A stretch of DNA of 64,000 nucleotides from an uncultured Acidobacteriota bacterium (GTDB lineage: Bacteria; Acidobacteriota; Terriglobia; Acidiferrales; UBA7541): positions 72,258-136,257 of the forward strand of contig CAVZZU010000009.1 in assembly GCA_963779825.1 (NCBI GenBank), in the 5' to 3' direction. Numbering within the stretch: the first letter of the stretch is position 1; each line of letters starts with the position of its first letter. Below the pieces are notes generated by a model, which did no database searches, was not told the origin of the DNA, and saw nothing but the letters and a program-made list of their open reading frames with translations. Below, piece by piece: positions 50,395 to 59,738 of the stretch. The position numbers were made by a program, and so were the translations under genes.

Positions 50395-51477
50395 ATGGCG
50401 TTCCCAGATCGCCGCACCCTCGACATCCTGCTGACAACACTCCTGTTCGCTGTTGTGCTTGTGACCGTGTATGTGGCCAGGGGAGTCCTCTTAATTTTCG
50501 CATTTGCGATCTTGCTGGCCTACCTCATAGACCCTGTGGTTCGATTCCTGCAAGGTCATGCTCTGTTTTTCAGAAACTTGAGAGGGCCGCATGTCCTGGA
50601 GGCTTATCTCGCATTTCTTCTTTTTCTTGCGTTCGCGGGCCATGCTCTTCTGCCTCATATGACAAGCGTCAAGGGTAAACTCTTTGAGACCGCCCCTTCG
50701 CTGATCGAGGGGCTTTCCACCGGAGAGATCGCCGAAAGCATTGGGCAAAAGTACCACTGGAATGAAGCCCGAACGTCGCGCCTGAGACAGTTCCTCATCG
50801 AGCATCGAGATTTCACTGTGAAATCCGTGCAGAGCGCCGAGCGGTCCGCTTCCAGCGCTTTGGCTGCAGCCGTCGTTATCCCCATTCTCGCGATTTTCTT
50901 CCTTGCCGAAGGCAGGCGCATGACGGATGCCGTAATACAGCGCTTCTTCACTGAAAATAGTCAGAAGGAGGTCAGGGAAATCGCCGGTGAACTCAACATC
51001 GGTCTGAAAGCGTACATCCGAGCCAAAGTAATTCTCGCCTGCTGTTCTTTCGCGTTTTATTCAGTCGCCATGCTTCTGGCGAGATTTCCGCACGCTGTCG
51101 CGCTCGGCGCCCTGGGAGGCGCGCTCGAGTTCGTCCCCGTAGCCGGTTGGATGGCCTCGGCGGCGGTCATAATTACTGTTGGCGCGCTGACGCATGCTCA
51201 CTGGATTTGGGTGGCGGCTCTTCTGGGTCTGTGGCGATTGATCATGGACTACTTCATCTCGCCCCGCGTCGTCGGACACAATTTGGAAGTCCATCCTTTG
51301 CTGGTGATTTTCGCGGTCATGGTGGGGGCCAAAATTGACGGAATTGTCGGCATCTATCTGTCAATCCCCGTAATCGTGGTGCTGCGCGTCCTGTGGGAGA
51401 AATGCTTCAAGCCAACACTGCGAACGCTGCCCGAACTTCCGCCTACAGGTAAGAATCCCGGACTCTCTCAAACGTAA
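50395..51477 (+). CDS. AI-2E family transporter (PerM/UPF0118)
   Basis: About 8 TM helices and the conserved C-terminal region FVPVAGW...ISPRVVG. Confidence 0.8.
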   Translation: MAFPDRRTLDILLTTLLFAVVLVTVYVARGVLLIFAFAILLAYLIDPVVRFLQGHALFFRNLRGPHVLEAYLAFLLFLAFAGHALLPHMTSVKGKLFETAPSLIEGLSTGEIAESIGQKYHWNEARTSRLRQFLIEHRDFTVKSVQSAERSASSALAAAVVIPILAIFFLAEGRRMTDAVIQRFFTENSQKEVREIAGELNIGLKAYIRAKVILACCSFAFYSVAMLLARFPHAVALGALGGALEFVPVAGWMASAAVIITVGALTHAHWIWVAALLGLWRLIMDYFISPRVVGHNLEVHPLLVIFAVMVGAKIDGIVGIYLSIPVIVVLRVLWEKCFKPTLRTLPELPPTGKNPGLSQT

Positions 51478-51667
51478 CCCACGCTACGCACTCGACTCTT
51501 ATCTTTCGCAGCGCGTTACCTTCAGGCAGTGCGCTGCTCGTGCTCGCCGTCCAATTCGACGAAAGGCGCGAGGTCCAGCGTAATCCCGCCGTCCCGCACC
51601 ATCTTCTCGGTTACTTTCGGGTGCTCGCGCACAAATCCCAAGTCATGCATGGGTTGCTAACAATAGC

Positions 51668-51742
51668 GGAGAGGAGAGGTTAGTGAAGAGTTTGCAATGC
51701 GCCTAGCCCTCGGCGACTAGCTGCAGCACTAACTCTCCTCTC
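51668..51742. repeat. Long inverted repeat: 16-17 bp arms GGAGAGGAGAGGTTAGTG / CACTAACTCTCCTCTC around a ~41-nt loop
   Basis: Read directly. There is one bulged G in the left arm. Confidence 0.6.
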
Positions 51743-52182
51743 TTGTTTGACAAACTCGAAGGTAACGTTTGATTTGTCGGGTCATGGCGACGGCAAACCA
51801 AGTGGGCGGCGCACTGCTCGAGGAATTCGCCGTGCTTTTGCTCACAGGATCCGGCTACCGACACATACGGGAGGAAGAGGAAGATACGTTGTCGCCACGA
51901 GCTTCACAACATTTTCGCCATCTTCCACCTCGAATCTCGACGAATTTCGCTGATTTCGTACAGCCGCGCCGCACTGTACTTTTTCTAGACTTTATCCCAG
52001 CTTCTGCGCGCTCGAAATTCGTGTAACGTCATTCTGGCGTTATGCGACACGAATACAAGTTCGGCGCAGTCCGGGAGCCTTGTGACAGAGACACTCCCTC
52101 GCCCAGAGGAACGCCGAAGGGTGTCTGCGCACGTAACGTTCGCGCGGTCAAACTCGCACCATCCCGGAGCCTCCATCATCCC

Positions 52183-52270
52183 CAAATTACTCGACACACC
52201 ATGCCGAGTAATTGTCGGCGTAACTCGCTGATAACAAACAGTTGGGTACCAAATTACTCGACACACTTTT
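52183..52270. repeat. Copy 2 of the ~90-bp intergenic repeat: hairpin ATTACTCG-N11-CGAGTAAT plus a second ATTACTCGACACAC box 67 nt downstream
   Basis: See copy 1 at 22829-22922. A related box CTACCGACACA also occurs at 51855-51865. Confidence 0.6.
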
Positions 52271-52465
52271 TCACGACAGGACTCCCAGGTCGGCGCAGGA
52301 CAGGGCTACCGAGGCCACGCGAACGGGGCCCCCAATGTCCACGGCAAGTGGAGCCTGGACGATCGAGCGAGCCTGGAATATCGGACCGCTCGCGCCTGGT
52401 AGGCCGGGGTTTCAACCCCGCCGCAAACAGCGCGTTCGCTTTGCTTATCGGCTTATTTGAAGACT

Positions 52466-52540
52466 TGGTAGCGATACCGGGAATCGAACCCGGATTTGAG
52501 CCTTGAGAGGGCTCCGTCCTAACCCTTAGACGATATCGCC
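52466..52540 (-). tRNA. tRNA-Glu (anticodon CUC), CCA encoded
   Basis: Manual cloverleaf: acceptor GGCGATA/TATCGCT, D arm GTCT-AAGGGTTA-GGAC, anticodon arm GAGCC-CTCTCAA-GGCTC, 4-nt variable loop, T arm CCGGG-TTCGATT-CCCGG, then ACCA. Confidence 0.85.
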
Positions 52541-52684
52541 GTCGCGCAGTTCCCCGCAACCACGAAGTAAGGTGCGAAGAGCCGGAAGATGATACGAACG
52601 CGTACTCGCGATTTTCGCATGCTTAAATCTTTGGTGCAAGCGCGCCCATCCGCGCCACTGGTTTGTGTTAGAATCGCGCTTCCC

Positions 52685-53035
52685 ATGGAAAAAGCTGGAG
52701 ATTTTCTAGGAAAAGTGGTGCGCCGGTTCGAGCGGCCGGAAGCAACGCTCGCTTGGCTCGCGGGCGCGTGGCCAGCCATCGCAGGCAAAACTCTTGCAGC
52801 GCATACGCGTCCTGTGCGATGCGACGGAGCGTTCCTCGAAGTGGCGGCAGACGCAAAGGCCTGGCAGCGGCAGATTGAGGGCATGAAACGCGAGTTGCGC
52901 GACCGCATCAATCAAGCGTGGGGCGGGAACCTGGTCCGCGAAGTGACATTTGTCGCCGCAAAACCCGGCCCGAAGTACGTTTCGCATGAGGCCGATAACG
53001 CGCACACTCCCTTCATTCGCCGTCGTCGCGCGTAG
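52685..53035 (+). CDS. DUF721-like protein
   Basis: The pattern W..IAG..LA.HT.P....G.L.V......W..Q......EL..RIN is typical of DUF721 proteins. Start at MEKAGDF. Confidence 0.6.
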   Translation: MEKAGDFLGKVVRRFERPEATLAWLAGAWPAIAGKTLAAHTRPVRCDGAFLEVAADAKAWQRQIEGMKRELRDRINQAWGGNLVREVTFVAAKPGPKYVSHEADNAHTPFIRRRRA

Positions 53036-53110
53036 CGCTCGCTTCCCTTTTCTCCACGGTCGTACCTGTTTGCATTGCGTCTCGTTTCCACTAAGATTAA
53101 GCGCATAGTC

Positions 53111-53425
53111 ATGAAAATTAGCCGCGAAGATGTATTGAGGGTGGCCGAGTTGGCGCACCTCGGCCTGTCGCCCGAGGAAATTGAGACGTACCGCGGCCAG
53201 CTCGACAGCATCCTCTCGTATATTGATAAGCTAAAGGAACTCGACATCACCAATGTCGAGCCGATGGCGCAGGTGATTTACGCGCCTGCGGGGCCCGCCG
53301 AATCGAATCACCCCGAACTTCGCGAGGACGTTTTGAAGCCTTGCGACGTCTCCGATCCGATTCTAGCCGGCGCGCCTGACGCCGCGAAGCCTTTCTTTCG
53401 AGTCCCCAAGGTGATCGAGCGTTGA
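53111..53425 (+). CDS. gatC: Asp/Glu-tRNA(Asn/Gln) amidotransferase subunit C
   Basis: Starts [23 protein letters not shown]. It lies directly upstream of gatA and overlaps it. Confidence 0.9.
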   Translation: MKISREDVLRVAELAHLGLSPEEIETYRGQLDSILSYIDKLKELDITNVEPMAQVIYAPAGPAESNHPELREDVLKPCDVSDPILAGAPDAAKPFFRVPKVIER

Positions 53426-54867
53426 GCGCCGCTACGACGTGGACGATTGCCGGAGTGCGCACGGCGCTCCTGGCGAAAAAGATATCAGCGCGTGAGCTCG
53501 CCGATGAGTTTTATGCCAGGATCGACGCCCGCAACGCCGAGCTCAACGCCTATCTGACGCTCTCGTCCGAGCGAGCTTACGCGCAAGCCGATCGTGTGGA
53601 CGCAGCTATCGCTCGCGGCGACGATCTGCCGCCGCTCGCGGGCGTTCCGATGGCCATTAAGGACGTCATCAGCACCCGGAGCATTCGCACCACCTGTGCG
53701 TCCAAGATTCTTGAGACCTACGTACCGCCCTATGACGCGACAGCGGTCGAACGCCTGGAGAAAGCCGGCGCGGTTTTCCTGGGCAAGACAAACTGCGACG
53801 AATTTGCCATGGGCGGCTCGAACGAAAATTCTGCCTACGGACCGGTGCGCAACCCGGTCGCCACCGATCGCGTCCCCGGAGGTTCGAGCGGCGGCTCGGC
53901 GGCGGCCGTAGCTGCGGGCCTCGCCGTAGCAGCTCTCGGGACCGACACAGGCGGCTCGATTCGCCAGCCGGGCTCCTTCTGCGGAATTCCTGGACTGATG
54001 CCCACGTACGGCCGTGTTTCTCGCTACGGCCTGATTGCGTTTGCGTCCTCGCTCGATAAAATCGGACCGTTCGCCGGGAACATCGCCGACGCCGCTACCG
54101 TACTGTCGGTTATCGCTGGGCATGATGAAAACGATTCGACTTCGGCGGCGGTGCCAGTCCCGAACTACGCGGCGGAAATTCGGAAGCCCGTGCAAGGCCT
54201 ACGAATCGGCGTCCCGGAAGACTATTTCGGCGCGGGCCTCGACCCGGAAGTAAAAGAAAAAGTCCTATCGGGGATTGCGCTCCTCGAACACCTGGGCTGC
54301 AAACGAGTCCCGCTGCGAATGCCTCACACGGATTACGCAATCGCCACCTATTACATCCTGGCAACCGCGGAGGCCAGCTCCAACCTCGCCCGATACGATG
54401 GCGTGCGCTATGGCCTGCGCGTTCCCGGCGCGACGCTAACTGAGATGTATCGCCAAACGCGCGAGCGGGGTTTTGGCCCCGAGGTCAAGTGCAGGATCAT
54501 GCTCGGAACCTACGCGCTTTCCGCGGGCTACTACGATGCGTACTACCTGCGCGCGCAGAGCGTCCGCACGCTGATCGCCCGGGATTTTGCCGACGCATTC
54601 CACAAAGTGGACGCCATCATCACTCCGACGGCGCCCACTCCGGCCTTCCGCCTGGGCGAAAAAACCGCCGACCCTCTCCAAATGTACCTGGCAGACATCT
54701 ATACCGTCACAGGATCGCTCGCTGGCGTGCCCGGCATCTCCGTCCCTTGCGGCAAGACCAAGATCGGACTTCCCGTCGGAATGCAGATCTTTACCCCCCA
54801 CTTTAAAGAGGGAGCTGTATTGCAAATTGCGCATGCATTCGAGCAGGCTGGCGGTTCCGCGATTTGA
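53422..54867 (+). CDS. gatA: Asp/Glu-tRNA(Asn/Gln) amidotransferase subunit A
   Basis: Amidase signature [14 protein letters not shown]. 481 aa. The TTG start overlaps the gatC stop. Confidence 0.95.
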   Translation: MSAATTWTIAGVRTALLAKKISARELADEFYARIDARNAELNAYLTLSSERAYAQADRVDAAIARGDDLPPLAGVPMAIKDVISTRSIRTTCASKILETYVPPYDATAVERLEKAGAVFLGKTNCDEFAMGGSNENSAYGPVRNPVATDRVPGGSSGGSAAAVAAGLAVAALGTDTGGSIRQPGSFCGIPGLMPTYGRVSRYGLIAFASSLDKIGPFAGNIADAATVLSVIAGHDENDSTSAAVPVPNYAAEIRKPVQGLRIGVPEDYFGAGLDPEVKEKVLSGIALLEHLGCKRVPLRMPHTDYAIATYYILATAEASSNLARYDGVRYGLRVPGATLTEMYRQTRERGFGPEVKCRIMLGTYALSAGYYDAYYLRAQSVRTLIARDFADAFHKVDAIITPTAPTPAFRLGEKTADPLQMYLADIYTVTGSLAGVPGISVPCGKTKIGLPVGMQIFTPHFKEGAVLQIAHAFEQAGGSAI

Positions 54868-54915
54868 ACGAGGACCTGTTCTCTAATCTTCCGCAATCAT
54901 TCCGCGCGAATGAAG

Positions 54916-54929
54916 TACGAATATTCGTA
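54916..54929. promoter_or_regulatory. 14-bp perfect palindrome TACGAATATTCGTA. A related inverted repeat ATTTCG-N6-CGAAAT lies at 54984-55001.
   Basis: Read directly. Both share ACGAA/TTCGT half-sites and lie upstream of the small ORF at 55153. Confidence 0.3.
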
Positions 54930-55152
54930 TAAACTTCCCAAAGTTGGACCCGGATTTTCATCTTAGCCGCACAAAATCCGCACATTTCGTCGTAACGAAA
55001 TCGCACCCTCTGCATCTAAATCTTCGTATTTGAGGGCTTTGCCGCGATTCCTGACCGGCGAGTTCTAGTCCGCTAGTACGGAACGACTATTGCTGGGTAT
55101 TGCGGCGGCAATTAAACTGCTGGAAGCATCGAAGGAATCGGAGGCCAGTGCG

Positions 55153-55368
55153 ATGGTCCGAGTCAAGTCGAGCCAGAGGGTTTTTACCGAAGACGAGGTC
55201 ACGAGCCTCACGGGAATCTGCCGCGAACATCTGCGAGGCTTGGCCCGCAACAAGCACCTCGGAACGCTAACCGGCGTCGCCGAAGCTGCCGCAGGGGCCG
55301 AGAAATGGCTCTTCAGCCACTCCGAACTGATGATCGTGAACGTGCTCCATCCCCGTTGCCAGCACTAG
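55153..55368 (+). CDS. Small hypothetical protein (71 aa), possibly HTH-containing
   Basis: ATG preceded by GGAGG at 8-nt spacing. The segment EDEVTSLTGICREHLRGLARNKHLG resembles an excisionase/MerR-type HTH (weak). Confidence 0.4.
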   Translation: MVRVKSSQRVFTEDEVTSLTGICREHLRGLARNKHLGTLTGVAEAAAGAEKWLFSHSELMIVNVLHPRCQH

Positions 55369-55505
55369 GATCCGCCCGACCAGCCTCCCTAAGCCTGTTG
55401 TGAGTTGCGACCCTCTCGGCGTATTCTCGCCTTTACTTGGCTGAACTCAACTCAACCCAATCGTGTCATCAGGCATCCTAGGAGTGCAAGGGGGGCACTA
55501 GCGCC

Positions 55506-56441
55506 ATGGCCGGGAACCGATGGTTGATCCGCGCGATTTGGCCGGCACCAGCGGTAGCGCTCGTGTTGATGGCGGTGCTCGCGGTCACCGCTCTGGCCGT
55601 CCCTATCCTCCGAAGTCAGGACTCGGCAAGTTCTCCGTCTGCGCCGAATTCAAGCGGACAAGCGGCGCCCGCTGCTGCCAGCCCCACCCTGCCCCGCGGC
55701 AAGAAACTTATGCTGACCGACGGAAGTTTCCAATTGGTGCGCGAGTACAAGGTCGAGGGCGATCGGGTTCGCTATTACAGTCTTGACAGCTCGCAGTGGG
55801 AGCAGATTCCTGCTTCAATGGTTGACTGGGACGCTACCAAGAAGATCGAGGCGGAAGAGGCAAAATCAGACGCCGCGCTGGTCGCTAAAGTGCACAAGCA
55901 GGAAGCAGCGCGTCTGGCGGTGCCCCTCGACATTGACGCCAGCCTGGAAGTTGCCCCGGGGATCTTTCTGCCGCCGGGCGACCATCTCTTCGTTTTCGAC
56001 GGCAAGACAGTTTTGCCCTTGCCCCAGGCCGAAACGGACTCGAAACTTTCCATCGGCCACATGATTGCACAGGTAATGGTTCCGATACCCATCGTCCCGA
56101 CTCGACATTCCATCTCGATCGCCGGAGCGCACGCCAAATTCCGCATCACTGAAGGGCGGCTGGAATTCTACATCCGCGTGCCCAGCGGCCACCCGGACCT
56201 GGTGCTGATCCACGCGAAGGTCCACGGAGATAGCCGCCACCTCGAGAACCTGGATCAAATGTTTGGATTACAGGATGAGAAGCGCGACTCGGTGCCGATG
56301 CAGAGCTGGGACATTGCAGGAGGCGTCTACCGGTTTACGCTTGGCCAGGAGCTGACATCGGGAGAATACGCGATCGCCCAAATGGTTCAGGATCAAGGCG
56401 ACAGCCTGTACGTCTGGGACTTCGGCGTAGACAAGAAGTAA
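55506..56441 (+). CDS. Hypothetical exported protein (311 aa)
   Basis: N-terminal hydrophobic signal/anchor, then a Ser/Ala/Pro-rich linker. No family recognised. Confidence 0.6.
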   Translation: MAGNRWLIRAIWPAPAVALVLMAVLAVTALAVPILRSQDSASSPSAPNSSGQAAPAAASPTLPRGKKLMLTDGSFQLVREYKVEGDRVRYYSLDSSQWEQIPASMVDWDATKKIEAEEAKSDAALVAKVHKQEAARLAVPLDIDASLEVAPGIFLPPGDHLFVFDGKTVLPLPQAETDSKLSIGHMIAQVMVPIPIVPTRHSISIAGAHAKFRITEGRLEFYIRVPSGHPDLVLIHAKVHGDSRHLENLDQMFGLQDEKRDSVPMQSWDIAGGVYRFTLGQELTSGEYAIAQMVQDQGDSLYVWDFGVDKK

Positions 56442-56488
56442 AAAGCGGCCGGTAGCCGGGCGATGGCGAACGGCGGTCGCGATCGAGT

Positions 56489-59400
56489 TTACTTGACCGA
56501 TGATGGCTGAGGCTGAAGGAGCTCCGCCAGGAGCGCGGCCAAGGCCGAGATTTGGAAAGGTTTCTGCAAGATCCGGGCGCCTTTCTCGCGATAGCGGACC
56601 GCATCACTCGAAGACACCAGCTCGCCGGTCATGAACACAAAGCGCGGCAGCGAGCTGCCCAACCGGGCGCGCAATTCCTCGAATAATTTCTCCCCGCTCA
56701 TGCCCGGAAGATTGAAGTCGCAGACAATGATTTCGTAGGTGTTCTTCGCGACAAACTCCAGCGCCGCCTCTGAAGTTCCCGCAGCCTGAACCTTCATCCC
56801 GCGGGCAGAAAGGCCTTCCTGAACAATTTCGCGGATACCTTCCTCATCATCCACGATGAGGACTGAATGATCGCGCAATGCCGCAGTGCCCGACAGAACG
56901 GAAGCGGCCTTTTCCGCGGGCTTCGCCGGCGCCAGCGACGGCTGAATTTCGCCGGCCGCAGGCAAGACGACATGGATTATTGCGCCAGCGCCGGACTTGG
57001 ACTCGATTTCGATCGTTCCGCCGTGTTCCTTGATTACTGCCAGAGAAATCGTCAAACCCAGACCGCTGCCGCCCCCCGGGCGTTTCGTGGTGAAGAAGGG
57101 ATCGAAGACTTTCCCGATGATGTCAGCTGGAATACCCGGGCCGTCGTCGGCAAATGTCACGCGGATTTGATCGCCCGAGCGAGTTACGGAAATATCCAGT
57201 TGTCCCTGTTCGTGCGCGGGCGAGATGGATTGCTCCGCGTTTGCCAGAATATTCAGGAAGACCTGCAGAAGAAGTTTACGATCGCCGTCCACGGAGGGAA
57301 GATCGCCCACTGTCGTGAGCTTTACGCGGATGTTCTTCTTTTCAAGATTCGCCCGCTCGAGTTCCAGCGCCTCATTGAGAATTTCGCCCAGCCGGAGCGC
57401 CGTGCGACCCTGAGCAAGAGGCCGCGAAAAAGCGAGAAGGTTTTGGACGATTGCCGCCGCGCGGCGCGCCTGTTGGAGGACCAGATCCACCTGCCTGCGC
57501 GTCGCGTCTTCCACCGCGCGCTCCCGGAGAAGATCGCTGACTCCCAGGATGGCGGTGAGCGGGTTGTTCAACTCGTGAGCCGCTCCCGCCATCATCTGCC
57601 CCATGGCAGCGAATTTTTCCTTGTCGGCGAGCTGCTGTTCAAGCTGCTTCGACTCCGTCACATCCCGGCCGGATGAAACCATGCCGACAATCGCGCCCTT
57701 TTCATCAAATAGAGGATTCCCCAATAGCCTTAGGGTTTTCCAGGTGCCGTCAGCGTGTTGTGCGCGAATCTCGATTTGTTCGTGACTTTTGTGGCCGGAA
57801 ATCGCCTTTTGGAACATCTCGTTGAGCTTCACCCGGTCCTCCGGGCTTACTCGCTGACCAACTGGCTTGCCGACGTACTCTTCGGGCGTCACTCCGAGAA
57901 TGTCCGTTATGCGTTCGCTCACAAACTTGAAACGGCCCTCGCGATCCAGCACCACGATCAGGTCCGGGAAGCATTCGATCAGGCTGCGGACGAATTCCTG
58001 TTCCTGTTGAAGCTTACTTTCCATTTCGTGACGCTGGGTGACGTCACGCGTAATTTTCGAGAATCCTTGCAGCTTCCCTTCCTTGTCTCGCAAGGCTGTG
58101 ATCACCACGTTGGCCAGGAATCGGGAGCCATCCTTGCGCACTCGCCAACCTTCATCCTCCCATCGGCCTTTTTCAGCTGCACCCTTCAGTTTTTGCTCGG
58201 GTTTTCCGGCCGCGACGTCTTCCGGCGGGTAAAAGACGGAAAAGTGTTTTCCGATAATTTCGCTCGCCTGATACCCCTTCATCCGCTCTGCTCCGCGGTT
58301 CCAGCTGGCTACCCGCCCATCCGGATCGAGCAGAAAAATCGCGTAGTCCGCCACTCCCTCTACCATCAGGCGTACCTTTTCCTCGCTCTCGCGGAGGGCC
58401 TCCTCCATTTTCTTGCGCTCGGTGATGTCGCGCGCGGAGGTTACGAGGCCGCCTATTTTCCCGTCCTCGTCGAAGAAGGGCCGCGCTGTAAGCAGGAGGT
58501 CCCGCGAGGAGCCATCGGCATGAGGGGACCGGAATTCGACCTGGCCCTGGGATTCCTCGCCTCGCACGACGCGCTGGAACATGGCATGCAGGTTCGCCTT
58601 GTCCTCCGGATTCGCCCGGGTGCCAAACACACGTCCCACGTACGTGTCGGGCTGCCAGCCCAAAACCTTCTCGACGTGGTCGCTGATATAAATGAACCGA
58701 CCATCGCGATCAAGAACCGCGATTAAGTCCGGAAAACTTGCCACCATCCGGCGGATAAAGCTCTGCTCCTGCTGCAGGCGCTTTTCCATTTCCCGGCGTT
58801 CGGTGATGTCAATCAACGTCCCCTGCAAACGGACAGCGCGGCCGGATGCATCTCGAATCGCGAAGCCGGACGTGAGGCAATGGATCTGCCTTCCGTCCTT
58901 CCTGCGCACTACGATCTCGCGGTCTTGTACGGCTCCCTTTACCTCAAGTTCGCGAATGATTGCGTCTCGAACACCGGGATCCACGTAAATGTCCCGGAAA
59001 TTGACGGCCTGCAGTTCTTCCTTGCTGCTGTAACCGAGGATTCTTACCAGGGCTGGATTCGCATCGAGCAAGTGACCGCCGGGGGTGACGAAAAGAATTC
59101 CCTCGCCAAATGTTTCAAACAGCTCCTTGAAGCGAATTTCGGATTCGTGCTGCTTGGTAACATCACGGGCCCAGCCGATTACGGACTGGACCTCTCCATC
59201 CACGGCAGTCTGCAGCCAGCAATCGAAGTAGCGAAGCGTTTTGTCCTTCTTGAGCCACACCGGGATGATGCCGGACCACGCGCCATCCTTGACCAATGCA
59301 GGCAGTCCGCGCTGGGCATCCGCCAAAGTGGGCGATTCGACGAATTCGCTGAGCCGGCGCCCGATCAGCTCCTGGAAGGAGACTCCCAGAATTTCAGCAA

Positions 59401-59590
59401 GGCGGAGATTGGCGACACGAACTTCGCCCTCGTGGGAAAGCGTAAAAAGCGCCTGGTCGAGGTGGTCAATCAGCTCGCGGTAGTTGTGCTGCGAGCGGAC
59501 AATCGCCTCCGTCAGATTCTCAACCTGCGATCCCGAAACAGTCGTGGAGGCGGACTGGTCCCGCTCGCGGTGCGATAAATCCGTAGACAT
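56489..59590 (-). CDS. Multi-PAS hybrid sensor histidine kinase with a C-terminal receiver domain
   Basis: At least five PAS/PAC repeats. HisKA H-box AAHELNNPLTAILG. HATPase boxes DDGPGIP and GSGLGL. Receiver VLIVDDEEGIRE...CDFNLPGMSG. Confidence 0.92.
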   Translation of the reverse strand: MSTDLSHRERDQSASTTVSGSQVENLTEAIVRSQHNYRELIDHLDQALFTLSHEGEVRVANLRLAEILGVSFQELIGRRLSEFVESPTLADAQRGLPALVKDGAWSGIIPVWLKKDKTLRYFDCWLQTAVDGEVQSVIGWARDVTKQHESEIRFKELFETFGEGILFVTPGGHLLDANPALVRILGYSSKEELQAVNFRDIYVDPGVRDAIIRELEVKGAVQDREIVVRRKDGRQIHCLTSGFAIRDASGRAVRLQGTLIDITERREMEKRLQQEQSFIRRMVASFPDLIAVLDRDGRFIYISDHVEKVLGWQPDTYVGRVFGTRANPEDKANLHAMFQRVVRGEESQGQVEFRSPHADGSSRDLLLTARPFFDEDGKIGGLVTSARDITERKKMEEALRESEEKVRLMVEGVADYAIFLLDPDGRVASWNRGAERMKGYQASEIIGKHFSVFYPPEDVAAGKPEQKLKGAAEKGRWEDEGWRVRKDGSRFLANVVITALRDKEGKLQGFSKITRDVTQRHEMESKLQQEQEFVRSLIECFPDLIVVLDREGRFKFVSERITDILGVTPEEYVGKPVGQRVSPEDRVKLNEMFQKAISGHKSHEQIEIRAQHADGTWKTLRLLGNPLFDEKGAIVGMVSSGRDVTESKQLEQQLADKEKFAAMGQMMAGAAHELNNPLTAILGVSDLLRERAVEDATRRQVDLVLQQARRAAAIVQNLLAFSRPLAQGRTALRLGEILNEALELERANLEKKNIRVKLTTVGDLPSVDGDRKLLLQVFLNILANAEQSISPAHEQGQLDISVTRSGDQIRVTFADDGPGIPADIIGKVFDPFFTTKRPGGGSGLGLTISLAVIKEHGGTIEIESKSGAGAIIHVVLPAAGEIQPSLAPAKPAEKAASVLSGTAALRDHSVLIVDDEEGIREIVQEGLSARGMKVQAAGTSEAALEFVAKNTYEIIVCDFNLPGMSGEKLFEELRARLGSSLPRFVFMTGELVSSSDAVRYREKGARILQKPFQISALAALLAELLQPQPSSVK

Positions 59591-59615
59591 GAACGCGCTC
59601 GTCCTGCTCTCTGTT

Positions 59616-59637
59616 CAAAAAGGCTCCCGCCGGAGCC
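59616..59637 (-). terminator. Rho-independent terminator downstream of the S9 peptidase gene
   Basis: On the minus strand: GGCTCC-GGCG-GGAGCC followed by TTTTTG. Confidence 0.75.
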
Positions 59638-59738
59638 AGTGGATGTTGTCGTATAAAATTCTACAGACGAGGGACTCCGGAAAGTAAAAGAAAGGGGCCA
59701 GCGATGCCAAGATGCTTAACAGGCCGGCCCGTCGCGAT

